Shown: in pieces, positions 47,656-56,475 of the stretch | Layout of the letters: every line of letters begins with the position of its first letter | How positions within the stretch are numbered: the stretch's first letter is position 1 | Sequence record: ON286975 | Strand: one strand, 5' to 3' | DNA: 64,000 nt | Origin: Escherichia phage I29 | Notes under the pieces: model-generated | What the model was told of the DNA's origin: nothing | The model's input: only the letters and a program-made list of their open reading frames with translations | The model's database searches: none | Position numbers and translations under genes: made by a program

Positions 47656-48027
47656 TTATTTAAACGGCTGGTCCACATATTTTCTATTCCTCTCAAATAG
47701 GCGATCCGCCTCAGTTAAACAAATCTCATGGGCGTGATCTCTGGTTTTAGCTTCATCGAAAACCTGTTGTGCAAGGCTGCAACGTAGGGAGACTGGAAGA
47801 TCGCTGTAGTAGGCGTTGACAAATGTTTGAGCGTCGTACAGGTCTGAAAATACTTTACCCTTTCTATTATTCCCCTTGTCAACAATTGCAAGGATAACCA
47901 ATACAATAGTTGCAACCACTCCCAGGAAAATAGATATAACAAACCATAGAAAAGCGGATCTACCCATCTTGCCAGCGATCCAGGCGTTGAACAAGGCAAC
48001 TACTACAGCCAAAATAATAAATTCCAT
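47656..48027 (-). CDS. membrane protein (two predicted TM helices)
   Basis: Start at MEFIIL after AAGAGG RBS. Confidence 0.45.
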   Translation of the reverse strand: MEFIILAVVVALFNAWIAGKMGRSAFLWFVISIFLGVVATIVLVILAIVDKGNNRKGKVFSDLYDAQTFVNAYYSDLPVSLRCSLAQQVFDEAKTRDHAHEICLTEADRLFERNRKYVDQPFK

Positions 48028-48091
48028 TCTATGTACCTCTTTTGCAGTTCTGTTTAACAATAAGGCGGCAAATATGCCGCCTGTTACCTGA

Positions 48092-48472
48092 TTAAAAATT
48101 ATCGCCGTAAATCTTTCCGCTTTCTGCCCACACCACCACGCGGGGCATGTTATCCCATACGTCTTGTTTTAGATTTAACGCGTGCAATTCTTCTGTGGTG
48201 CTCATACCAGGCACGGGCTGATTGTATACTGCAAAACGACCACCTGCATAATCATAAGCTAAAGTCAAATCGCACTGAATCATTTTCTTGATCATGGCGT
48301 TAAGCATAGCGTTAGCCGCGTACTGGTCACGTTTTAAAGGCAACTCTTTGATTAGTTTGCGATAGTTTTCGATATGGTCGCACACTGTTTCACGTGGAAG
48401 ATCTTTCATATCTTCACGGAATGTAACCAGGTTAAACATAACGGTGTCAATAGCTTTAGTAGTGTTTTTCAT
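48092..48472 (-). CDS. hypothetical protein
   Basis: AAGAGGAAAA RBS. Confidence 0.45.
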   Translation of the reverse strand: MKNTTKAIDTVMFNLVTFREDMKDLPRETVCDHIENYRKLIKELPLKRDQYAANAMLNAMIKKMIQCDLTLAYDYAGGRFAVYNQPVPGMSTTEELHALNLKQDVWDNMPRVVVWAESGKIYGDNF

Positions 48473-48527
48473 GATGTTTTCCTCTTTGTTTTGTGTGGGG
48501 GCAAGTCATCTCGCCCCCTTAAGTTTT

Positions 48528-48555
48528 AATATAGCAGGTTTTTAGATTATTGCAA
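48528..48555 (-). promoter_or_regulatory. sigma70-like promoter with 5'-UTR hairpin
   Basis: TTGCAA-16-TATATT, then gggggc...gccccc hairpin at 48496-48517. Confidence 0.5.
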
Positions 48556-48563
48556 CACTTTAT

Positions 48564-49187
48564 TTATGAAAAACTCATCTCTCCATATTCATCCACATCA
48601 AACCGCCAATCATTGGCTTCAATAAGGCCGATCAAGTTTTCGGTAGTAAACTGTTCAAGATAGGCCTCCTCCAGGTCTACATAAACCTTGCGGGATAGCT
48701 CCCGTACCGTCTCGGTGATCAGCTCTTCCAGATCTTCCACTTTATTTTCTTGTTTTGCGGTCAGATCTAGCCAGGTAGTATCAATATATCCGCTTACAGT
48801 GTTTTCATGGCTGTAATGGCTGTACTTGTCGCGTTCAACACTGGCTGATAGTTCGCCATCGTGCATTGTGCCGAACAAGTGACGAATTGATCGGAACTTG
48901 GTCAGGGCCTTGACTTTACGCAAGAATTTCTCTAAGTCTACATTTTCAGCACTAATTGACGCGCCATCGCCTTGACACCAAAAGCCGGACCAATGTACAT
49001 CGGTATCTTCAAGGCCGTACTCTGGAAAAACTTGTTCTTTATAATATTCAATTACACTTTCTGCGAAAAAATCCTCTCCGCTGTGTTCTTCTCTTTCGCG
49101 GACCATTTCAATAGCTTTTTCTTTTTGTTCGTCGGTCAGCACGTCGAAAGATAAATTGCAACCTGTGGTAATGTTAACGGTAGTCAT
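48564..49187 (-). CDS. hypothetical acidic protein
   Basis: ORF in arm orientation. Confidence 0.45.
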   Translation of the reverse strand: MTTVNITTGCNLSFDVLTDEQKEKAIEMVREREEHSGEDFFAESVIEYYKEQVFPEYGLEDTDVHWSGFWCQGDGASISAENVDLEKFLRKVKALTKFRSIRHLFGTMHDGELSASVERDKYSHYSHENTVSGYIDTTWLDLTAKQENKVEDLEELITETVRELSRKVYVDLEEAYLEQFTTENLIGLIEANDWRFDVDEYGEMSFS

Positions 49188-49244
49188 GATATTTTCTCCT
49201 ATTTTCTTTGTTAGTGGCGGGAAGTTTTCTCGCCTGTGTGTTTA

Positions 49245-49272
49245 AGTATACTTATTGAGGCTTACTTGTCAA
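49245..49272 (-). promoter_or_regulatory. sigma70-like promoter with 5'-UTR hairpin
   Basis: TTGACA-16-TATACT, hairpin at 49217-49235. Confidence 0.55.
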
Positions 49273-49522
49273 CACTATTTTTTAAATTATTGTGGCGTAA
49301 AATGTTTAGAATCTCTTCAACGTCATCAACACGGCGGCAATTTTTAAACGCTACCAATTGCCCCATGATTTTAATCACTGGGCGGCCTTGCCAGTGCCCC
49401 TGGAGAAAGCGCGCCTTGACTTTATCGGTGGAACTATCACGCCACCAAATGGCCTTGTTGTTGCAGTAGTAAAAATTATTCAGGACAACATCAACTTTAT
49501 CAAAATTTTTTAATTTACGCAT
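49262..49522 (-). CDS. hypothetical protein
   Basis: ORF with promoter TTGACA-16-TATACT at ~49556-49582. Confidence 0.4.
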   Translation of the reverse strand: MRKLKNFDKVDVVLNNFYYCNNKAIWWRDSSTDKVKARFLQGHWQGRPVIKIMGQLVAFKNCRRVDDVEEILNILRHNNLKNSVDK

Positions 49523-49724
49523 GGCGTTTACTCCTTTCTCTCTTTGATGTGGTTAGTATAGCTAACCTGTTTAAGATGTCAAGCTTTAAATAAAATCACT
49601 GTCAATGATATTTTTAACGCCATAAAACGGCCCTAAGCGATGTTTTCAGGTTAAAGGGGGGCGATTGCATAGGTGGGGCCTTTTTGGCGCTTACAGGGCC
49701 AACCAGGGGCGCTATTCGTAGGAT

Positions 49725-49755
49725 AGAAATAAAAAGCCCCGCACAATGGCGGGGC
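49725..49755 (-). terminator. intrinsic terminator
   Basis: gccccgc-cattgt-gcggggc with U-tract on the minus strand. Confidence 0.55.
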
Positions 49756-49763
49756 GTTGGTTG

Positions 49764-49961
49764 TTATTTGTCTTTATGGCGGTATCGTTCTGCCTGTCGT
49801 TCACGTTCCAAAAGTAGGCCAGGCAATTTACGATCATAATGATTCCGCCAGATCTTCCCAAATCTTTTTGGCTTATTCAGTTTATTGTTGCGCTGGCGAC
49901 GTTCCGGCAACTCTTCGGAATCATGAGGGCGCTTTACAATTTTTTCGAAATTAATTTTCAT
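49764..49961 (-). CDS. hypothetical basic protein
   Basis: Start at MKINFEK assumed. Confidence 0.35.
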   Translation of the reverse strand: MKINFEKIVKRPHDSEELPERRQRNNKLNKPKRFGKIWRNHYDRKLPGLLLERERQAERYRHKDK

Positions 49962-50322
49962 AACTTCCCCCCTTACTGATCTCAATATTTGCCTGAATCG
50001 CCCGGATACGCCGTTTTATAACCTCCTGATCCTTGCAATCATATCCCCAAAAGTCTACGATTTTTGCGCCTCCAGCCTTTAGGCGGTATAGTGTTTCTTG
50101 CATCTTGTAGGCCGGGATCGGTCGCGGTGTTACCTGGTCGCCCTTCTCATTCTTGTACTTGATAATGTAGTCTTCATTGTCGTTGAATACCCAAAATGGG
50201 TATTCTGTGAGCGCGTTGCTCTCTTTTTCGTTTTTAGATTGGATCTTGTTTACAATTAAAGCCGTAGCAATAGCGCCAATAATAAAACTTGCCCCACTGA
50301 TCATGTTACTTTCTCCTTTCAT
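49951..50322 (-). CDS. hypothetical membrane-anchored protein
   Basis: N-terminal hydrophobic helix. Confidence 0.4.
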   Translation of the reverse strand: MKGESNMISGASFIIGAIATALIVNKIQSKNEKESNALTEYPFWVFNDNEDYIIKYKNEKGDQVTPRPIPAYKMQETLYRLKAGGAKIVDFWGYDCKDQEVIKRRIRAIQANIEISKGGSYEN

Positions 50323-50380
50323 TGTATTGATAAACTATCTTTATAGATGGCCCTGCTACCAGGACCACCGAAAAAACAGT

Positions 50381-50626
50381 TTATTTGACGATACCGACAA
50401 AACAGATCCCGCCTTCCCCTATATAGGCAATATCGGTAATTTTATAATTTGTCAAGATCCGCGTGTTCAGCTCATTAATAAAATCTGTCATCGCGTTGGT
50501 GTAGTTGTCTTCCGTGTCTAAGGCATAATCCCAGGTGTAAACCTTTTTACGTCCGAAGCCTTTTACCATGATACGGGCGCTTTTGGTGTTGGTAGGGGCA
50601 TAATATTTGGTGATTAGTGCTGCCAT
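50381..50626 (-). CDS. hypothetical protein
   Basis: AGGAG RBS. Confidence 0.45.
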   Translation of the reverse strand: MAALITKYYAPTNTKSARIMVKGFGRKKVYTWDYALDTEDNYTNAMTDFINELNTRILTNYKITDIAYIGEGGICFVGIVK

Positions 50627-50670
50627 GGTTTTAACTCCTATGCATTAGTTCAGTGTTAACAGTATAAAGT

Positions 50671-50714
50671 TTACTTTATTGATGGCCCTGGAGTCAAGGC
50701 CATCTAAAAATAAT
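50671..50714 (-). promoter_or_regulatory. conserved 44-bp promoter/palindrome element, copy 2
   Basis: TTGACT-18-TAAACT with the same palindrome. Confidence 0.5.
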
Positions 50715-50715
50715 C

Positions 50716-51066
50716 TTACTCGTTTTCTTCCAGCTCCGCAAGCTCTTCTTTTGCTTCTTCCAACTCTGTCTGTAATTCCTGGTATTCTTCATCGTCCTCA
50801 ATATCCAGGCTGTCGATGTAGTCGCTAAATCCGCAGCGGTAAGCGATAGGATCTAGCTCTTTGAGGATACGCGACGGAAGAAAAGAAATGTTTCCGATCA
50901 TAATTTCGCCGTAGATCTCGTCTAACCATTCATCATAGTTTTCGTCGTACTTGTCCTCGTCGATTTCAAAGTTATCGATCTTGTCTTCAAGTTCTGCAAT
51001 CTGTTTTTTCAGGGCGGCGATCTGCAGGGCTTTTTCTTCGGCGGTCATAGTGATGGAAGTATTCAT
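50716..51066 (-). CDS. hypothetical acidic coiled-coil protein
   Basis: ORF in arm orientation. Confidence 0.45.
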   Translation of the reverse strand: MNTSITMTAEEKALQIAALKKQIAELEDKIDNFEIDEDKYDENYDEWLDEIYGEIMIGNISFLPSRILKELDPIAYRCGFSDYIDSLDIEDDEEYQELQTELEEAKEELAELEENE

Positions 51067-51118
51067 AATGTTTTCTCCTTTTGGTGTTCTGGGAAGTTTT
51101 CCCGTTTATGTGCTTAGT

Positions 51119-51146
51119 ATTATACTGATTTAAGTTAGCTTGTCAA
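51119..51146 (-). promoter_or_regulatory. sigma70-like promoter with 5'-UTR hairpin
   Basis: TTGACA-16-TATAAT, gggaaaacttccc hairpin, AAAAGGAG RBS. Confidence 0.6.
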
Positions 51147-51258
51147 TTAAAAGTTTAAGAAAAATTTTGCGAAATCATTGGCGCTACTCATCAACATTTG
51201 CGCCAGGATGTAACCAATGATGCAAACGATAATAGTTACCTTTGTGTGCTGGCGTGTA
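51139..51258 (-). CDS. small hydrophobic peptide (39 aa)
   Basis: AAGGAGG RBS; one predicted TM helix; below ORF-track cut-off. Confidence 0.4.
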
Positions 51259-51295
51259 GTGCTCATCTTCAAGCCTCCTTTTTAACTGGGATTAG

Positions 51296-51340
51296 TTTAC
51301 TTTACTGATGGCCCTGGAGTCAAGGCCATCTAAAAATAAA
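51296..51340 (-). promoter_or_regulatory. conserved 44-bp promoter/palindrome element, copy 3
   Basis: TTGACT-18-TAAACT, near-identical to copies 1 and 2. Confidence 0.5.
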
Positions 51341-51341
51341 C

Positions 51342-51737
51342 TCAATAAGTTTTTAGTACTTTCCCGTCCAATCTGTCAAGCTGGATCTCGATAGCTGCAG
51401 AAAACCTATTGTAAACCACATCGCCCAAGGAGTCCAGCCAATCTATGACGTTATACACCTGCTCTTTATTCTTGCAAGTCCGGATCCGTTTCATTACGTA
51501 AGACGGATCAATATTAGCGCTCTCGTTGTTGTGGTCATGCTCCTGGCCTGCTGCATTAGTTATAGATTTTACAACCACCTGAAAAGGCTTTAAGGTGCCT
51601 TTTGCGTTCATCTCACGCGCTTTTGCGGCGCGGTTGTTATATGTTACACAACGGCGGCAAATGTTGACCAAATGCATGTCAATAATTTTTTCATCGTTTG
51701 CCAGTTCGTTCATGATGCGGCGTACGTTCTTATTCAT
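51342..51737 (-). CDS. hypothetical protein
   Basis: ORF in arm orientation. Confidence 0.45.
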   Translation of the reverse strand: MNKNVRRIMNELANDEKIIDMHLVNICRRCVTYNNRAAKAREMNAKGTLKPFQVVVKSITNAAGQEHDHNNESANIDPSYVMKRIRTCKNKEQVYNVIDWLDSLGDVVYNRFSAAIEIQLDRLDGKVLKTY

Positions 51738-51785
51738 GATCTTTTTCCTTTGTGTTGGCGGGAAACATTCCCGCCTTTTGTGATT

Positions 51786-51813
51786 AGTTTACTTGAATTT
51801 TGCAGCGTGTCAA
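51786..51813 (-). promoter_or_regulatory. sigma70-like promoter with 5'-UTR hairpin
   Basis: TTGACA-16-TAAACT, hairpin ggcggga...tcccgcc at 51751-51769. Confidence 0.55.
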
Positions 51814-51819
51814 CAATTT

Positions 51820-52218
51820 TTATTCGTGGGCGCATGTTACAATGTGCTTTTTATAGCCCAGGTGGTTAGCAAGTGCCGACAAAAACTCTTCTTCATAGAT
51901 CCAGCCGTTGGCAGTGATCCCCATAGCATTTAATGCGCTCTCAAGTGCTGCATTAGCTTTATCGTAACCGTGACCGCTCGCCTTCCCGCCAGTATAACCG
52001 TACTTATTGTTCTTGTTGTCGTGAATCCAAAAAACGCAGTATTGAGTGTTCCCGCTGGCGGCGGCATAATACCGGATCTCAGCTACTTCGTGCAAATTAT
52101 TGTCATCGTCCAGGCCCACCAGATTATAAGCCTTGTAAAATCCACGATCCCGGCGGCAGTTCTTGACATCAGAAAAAGAAAAGTCCGCATTATCAAAATT
52201 AAAGGTAGTGGTTTTCAT
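51820..52218 (-). CDS. hypothetical protein
   Basis: Promoter TTGACA-18-TACACT upstream. Confidence 0.45.
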   Translation of the reverse strand: MKTTTFNFDNADFSFSDVKNCRRDRGFYKAYNLVGLDDDNNLHEVAEIRYYAAASGNTQYCVFWIHDNKNNKYGYTGGKASGHGYDKANAALESALNAMGITANGWIYEEEFLSALANHLGYKKHIVTCAHE

Positions 52219-52282
52219 GATTTTATCCTCTTAGTGTCTTTTGTGCTTTTAGTGTATTTGGTGTCAGACTATATGTCAATAC

Positions 52283-52480
52283 TTATTTTTTATTAAACCA
52301 GTGGTTGATCTGGCCTTTTGTCAGGGCGCAACGATTAAGCTGTTGCCGGGTATAGCTCTGACCGCGACGGAATTTATAAAGGCCTTGCCCGTTGTTGATG
52401 GTTACGTCCACCTGGCAAACCATTTGATCGGTGACGGCCTGGTAAGTGTTGCGACGTACTTTAATTCCGTAGGCGTTCAT
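52283..52480 (-). CDS. hypothetical protein
   Basis: AGAGAGG RBS. Confidence 0.4.
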   Translation of the reverse strand: MNAYGIKVRRNTYQAVTDQMVCQVDVTINNGQGLYKFRRGQSYTRQQLNRCALTKGQINHWFNKK

Positions 52481-52857
52481 GATTTTTTATCCTCTCTGTT
52501 AATTAGTGTGGTGTTGTTCACCTTGCGAGGATAAGAATAACAGAACTCTCCGAGCTGTCAACCATTAGTTAGAATTATTTTTTGGGAAGAATTCTCCAGC
52601 CGCCGCCCCTGCCAGGTTAACCATCATTTTTCGTACTCTTCTTTATGTTCCAACGCTCCCGCCATAGCCTTTTCAACCAGGGTGATAACTTCAGCGGCGT
52701 TGATCGCTACATTTTCCAGGGGATTATATTACTTTTCATTTTTGTACCTCCTCTTCAATTGTTACCTGCCCTGTAGCATAGGCCTGCCAGGCTGGCCCCG
52801 CCAGGTTGCAACGGTTAGCGCATCAGGTTAGAAAAATTTTTTGAAAAGTGTTGACAG

Positions 52858-53115
52858 CGGCCCCGCCAGGTGGCACAATATACCTATCGAAAGGACGGCA
52901 GGCACCGGTGACGGGGGAGACAACCACCGGGGATGGGCGCTGCATAAAATGAGAACGGTTATCATTATCATTTAAAAATTTATGCAAAAAATCCTTGCTT
53001 TCTTTGTCCTGTGTGATACTATAATAACAAGCCGGGGCAACAGGGGCCGGGAGACAATCACCGGGGGTGCCCGTTATTCTGCAAACGAGAATGATTATCA
53101 TTCAAAATTCTAAAT
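52858..53115 (+). other. two paralogous sRNA-like elements, each with an upstream promoter-like sequence
   Basis: Two ~60-bp imperfectly matching units (gggagacaaCcaccgggg... / gggagacaaTcaccgggg...) each ending in an ...atcattatcatt... / ...attatcattc... A/T stretch; TTGACA and TTGCTT-16-TACTAT upstream; strand assignment uncertain. Confidence 0.3.
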
Positions 53116-53228
53116 GAGAACTCCTCGCATTTAATAAATTTAATTAGCGTGCTAATTACCCTCCGTAACAATTTCCTATAAAACAGTATCCCATAAAATA
53201 TTCCCATATAGAAATTTTAAAAATCCAT

Positions 53229-53395
53229 TTCTGAAAACGAAAAATCGATTTCGTTCCCAAAAATTTCAGGTCGAGCTCCGGAACGATTTCCAGAAAATCC
53301 GATTCAGAAAACGAAAAACAGATCGAGTACTGAGAAATTTATCGAGAAAAATTTTCAGAAAATTCAATCTTTGAAACGAAAAACAGATCGAGTAC
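53229..53395. repeat. three tandem ~60-bp iterons
   Basis: Consensus ttcaGAAAACGAAAAAcaGATCGAGTAC repeated three times. Confidence 0.6.
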
Positions 53396-53640
53396 CCGGA
53401 AAGCTGTACCGCAACCTCAAGATAGTGGTTAGACTATTACCATAAAAAGTCAAGGGTAAGTGGAGGAAGTTCTAGTAGAAGGATGTGAGCATGTGCGGGA
53501 AATCTGTAGTGGTGGTCTGGAATATGGTGCAAACGATAGGATGAGCGATTCAGCTTGTCGCGCCTACTCTGAAAAATCCATTTTAGTTTTCGATCCATTT
53601 TCTGATTTTCTAAGAATTTTAAAATATCTGGTCCGGTGAA

Positions 53641-53677
53641 ATATCAAAAGGAGGAAATCCATTTTAGAAATCCTCCT
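53641..53677 (-). terminator. terminator-like hairpin ending the polymerase-side operon
   Basis: aggagga...tcctcct stem with U-rich tail on the minus strand. Confidence 0.4.
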
Positions 53678-53707
53678 GATCTCTAGCAACCTGATAACTT
53701 AAAAATA

Positions 53708-54040
53708 TCAGGTGCCCAGTTTGTTCTTTCCTTTATACAACCGTAAGGGTATAGTTTTTGTAACAGTCCATCTCCCCAGCCCTTCCCAGTTCCAGTTGTA
53801 GGCATGGTACCCGGTTACGCATGCACTGCTAGAGTGGTCATAGGCATAAGAGAACGCTATACGCACCAAATGGAACCAGTCTTTCCACGGTTGTGGTCCG
53901 TAAGCTTTTCTCCAACACCGACACAAACTAAATGTCTCAAGAATAGGTAGGATAACAAATCCATACACCGCCACCAGAATAGCCAGCGCAATGATTGTCA
54001 GGAATACATACCCTGCAGTTGAAACGATGATCTCTGTCAT
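53708..54040 (-). CDS. membrane protein
   Basis: N-terminal hydrophobic helix. Confidence 0.4.
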   Translation of the reverse strand: MTEIIVSTAGYVFLTIIALAILVAVYGFVILPILETFSLCRCWRKAYGPQPWKDWFHLVRIAFSYAYDHSSSACVTGYHAYNWNWEGLGRWTVTKTIPLRLYKGKNKLGT

Positions 54041-54240
54041 TTGTCGTCCCCTTTCTTACGGATATAGATGTGAGAGCCTGCCTGTATATAAATTTCTCGA
54101 CCATCTTCTGCAAAGATATGAAATACACGATCACCTTCATACTCGATACGTGATATCTTCATAATGGTCTTTCCACCTGGGATGCGGATCTCGTCCCCCA
54201 CAGCGATGTTCCATGCAGATTTAAGCTTAAACATCTGCAC
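54037..54240 (-). CDS. hypothetical protein
   Basis: ATGA-coupled ORF. Confidence 0.4.
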   Translation of the reverse strand: MQMFKLKSAWNIAVGDEIRIPGGKTIMKISRIEYEGDRVFHIFAEDGREIYIQAGSHIYIRKKGDDK

Positions 54241-54472
54241 CCTCCTTTGGGAGCTCTAACTCTGGCATAGCCATATACGCCACAACAGGGTTGTAATCAA
54301 AGTAGAAATGACCGTTAATTATCCCAGTTTTGTGAGCATAGTCACCAGATCCTGCAAGAACAACCTCGCAAACTCCGAAATCCACCTTGCCATTCTCATC
54401 TGCCATGGCTACAATATACTTTCCTAGAGGCATGTTTTTAACGCCGTCTACAAATGTCCACCCTTTGTTCAT
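54227..54472 (-). CDS. hypothetical protein
   Basis: ORF in arm orientation. Confidence 0.4.
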   Translation of the reverse strand: MNKGWTFVDGVKNMPLGKYIVAMADENGKVDFGVCEVVLAGSGDYAHKTGIINGHFYFDYNPVVAYMAMPELELPKEGADV

Positions 54473-54492
54473 ACTTTATCTCCTGCATTCTC

Positions 54493-54825
54493 TTAAGGTA
54501 ACCAGTAAACAATCTCGCCTTTCAGCTTCATGTCGTTTCCAACATAAATTTGCCAGCCATCCATCTTAGCAGCTGCAGGCCCAAAGTCATCCGCACCCCT
54601 TACCTCTTTCCAGGTCCCGTAGTCAGGTTGCCAGATGTAAAATCCACCTTCTTTGTCCCATGCTCCATACACTACGTTTAACAAGTTTCCCATTGCAACA
54701 ATAGTGGGCCGTGGGAACAATGCATCTACAGATGCGCCACAATATTTGGTATCTTTTAAATTGCACTCCCAAAAGATGTCTGCCAGTGTGGCGGCGATAG
54801 CTTTACGTCTTTCTAATGTTACCAT
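54493..54825 (-). CDS. hypothetical protein
   Basis: ORF in arm orientation. Confidence 0.4.
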   Translation of the reverse strand: MVTLERRKAIAATLADIFWECNLKDTKYCGASVDALFPRPTIVAMGNLLNVVYGAWDKEGGFYIWQPDYGTWKEVRGADDFGPAAAKMDGWQIYVGNDMKLKGEIVYWLP

Positions 54826-54832
54826 ATCATAC

Positions 54833-55024
54833 TCACTTGTTGTTAATAAGTTCTAAAACTTTCTGTCTTACCTTATCAATATCTGTTGATTCAAAAACTG
54901 TACGATATCCCCAACTTTGCCCATAAGAATGGCTGCAATCACCATAACACCATTGCTCAATTTGATAGTATTCAAGGAACGGGTGCTGTCTAACTATGAT
55001 ACCGTCCCGGTTAAAAATTACCAT
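54833..55024 (-). CDS. hypothetical protein
   Basis: ORF in arm orientation. Confidence 0.35.
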   Translation of the reverse strand: MVIFNRDGIIVRQHPFLEYYQIEQWCYGDCSHSYGQSWGYRTVFESTDIDKVRQKVLELINNK

Positions 55025-55087
55025 AATACATCACTCTCTGTTAGTTTATGCGTATATTATACACTGCAGTTTTCAGATGTCAACCTC

Positions 55088-55339
55088 TTACAGATTGCTC
55101 CAGTACAATCGGCATTTACATTTTGGGCAATGAGGTTCTTTTATGTAATAACCGTCAGTCTTTGGAACACTTTTTGGTGCAGTTTTAAGATTGTACCTGG
55201 TAAAACATCGGAAGCAGGTTACCTCTCCCACCTGTTGATCGTTGATCCACTCACCAGAGTAAAGTTCTTTCTTGTTTCTCATAATTCTCTCCCAAATCCT
55301 CTGCAATCTTATACCAAAATCTCCAGCCAGAAAGCACAC
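55088..55339 (-). CDS. hypothetical zinc-ribbon protein
   Basis: CFRCF...CPKCKC. Confidence 0.4.
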   Translation of the reverse strand: MCFLAGDFGIRLQRIWERIMRNKKELYSGEWINDQQVGEVTCFRCFTRYNLKTAPKSVPKTDGYYIKEPHCPKCKCRLYWSNL

Positions 55340-55533
55340 GGGAACACTTTGAGGATTGAATCTTTACTTGGCTCGGAAGTTCTTTTTCCGTATGGTAGGT
55401 AGAAATACCCTCCTGCAGATTCGAATATAGCTCCTTCGGTTGTATCTACCACAGCAAGAATTAAGATTTTAGTCTCCACAGTGCTCTCCTCTCTTAGTTG
55501 TCGTGGAAACTATATCACCTCAGAAGATGGTCG

Positions 55534-55990
55534 TCAACACTTTTTGTACTCCACCACGACAATATCTATGTCGAAAGTGGCAAGGTTAATAACGTCCTCT
55601 ACGTGTTCCCACTTCAAACCGCCTATGCCGCACCCGATCTTAGGTATGTAGAATGGTAAAGTCGATCCGCTGAATACTTCATTGACTAGCTCAAAGCCTT
55701 TCAGGATTGAGAAATACTCAGCATTAGGTCCTGGGTAGAACTGGGTATATAGATTGATTCCGTAGACAATACCTATCGGAGATAAGTGCTCCCATCGGGA
55801 GAACGCACCCAGTTTACTTAGGCAACCGTATCTAGTCTCTTTGTCGGCTGACAGTGCTTGAGGAAACTCACGGGCAATCTGTTTTGCTATACCCTTGCCC
55901 ATTGTGTGGAAGCAGTTACAACCGTGGATCAGGTGACCAGCACCGCTCTTAAAAAGGGAGATTAAATCTCCCTCTACAGTATCAATAATC
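55534..55990 (-). CDS. macro-domain protein (ADP-ribose binding/processing)
   Basis: IIDTVEGDL, HGCNCFHTMGKGIAKQI, IPKIGCGIGG follow the macro-domain pattern; GTG start assumed after upstream gene. Confidence 0.6.
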
Positions 55991-56407
55991 ACGGTAAGCC
56001 AGCTCCTCTTCCGCAATTTCAAAAAACTCAGTCCAGCACTGTGGCATATTGGAGTTACCGAAGTGGCTTTCATAGTAAAGGTTCTTACCGCTAGGAAGGT
56101 AGAAATCTGTTACCTCATAAAATCCACAATCGTCGCACTCACCTTCTTCAAACTTGGCCTTAACCTTAATACCGAGGAAGGTGAAAAGTTTATGGACATC
56201 TTCAGTTTCGAACTCCCAGGGAATGTTGTTTTCCGCATCGGTGTAGAACTGGATCAGCAGACCATTGTCCAGTTTACCAAAATACTCTGTGAAGTAACTT
56301 CCTTCCCAGAAATCTTTATGACAAATAATATCCATGCGTTTGCCCATAATAATGGTGTGAGCGTTTTGGGCATCGTCACGAATCAGTTTTGGCATTTCAT
56401 AGATCAT
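55982..56407 (-). CDS. hypothetical protein
   Basis: ORF in arm orientation. Confidence 0.4.
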   Translation of the reverse strand: MIYEMPKLIRDDAQNAHTIIMGKRMDIICHKDFWEGSYFTEYFGKLDNGLLIQFYTDAENNIPWEFETEDVHKLFTFLGIKVKAKFEEGECDDCGFYEVTDFYLPSGKNLYYESHFGNSNMPQCWTEFFEIAEEELAYRDY

Positions 56408-56475
56408 CTTAGTTCTCCTGGTTCAACAGGTGGTGGCGCTACAGGAAGATCATAAAACATAGCTATCACAGTCTC

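Noticed and set aside
53229-53395. CRISPR array
   Set aside because: The repeats here and at 39.9-41.0 kb are long (60-546 bp), few and not interspersed with unique spacers of regular length
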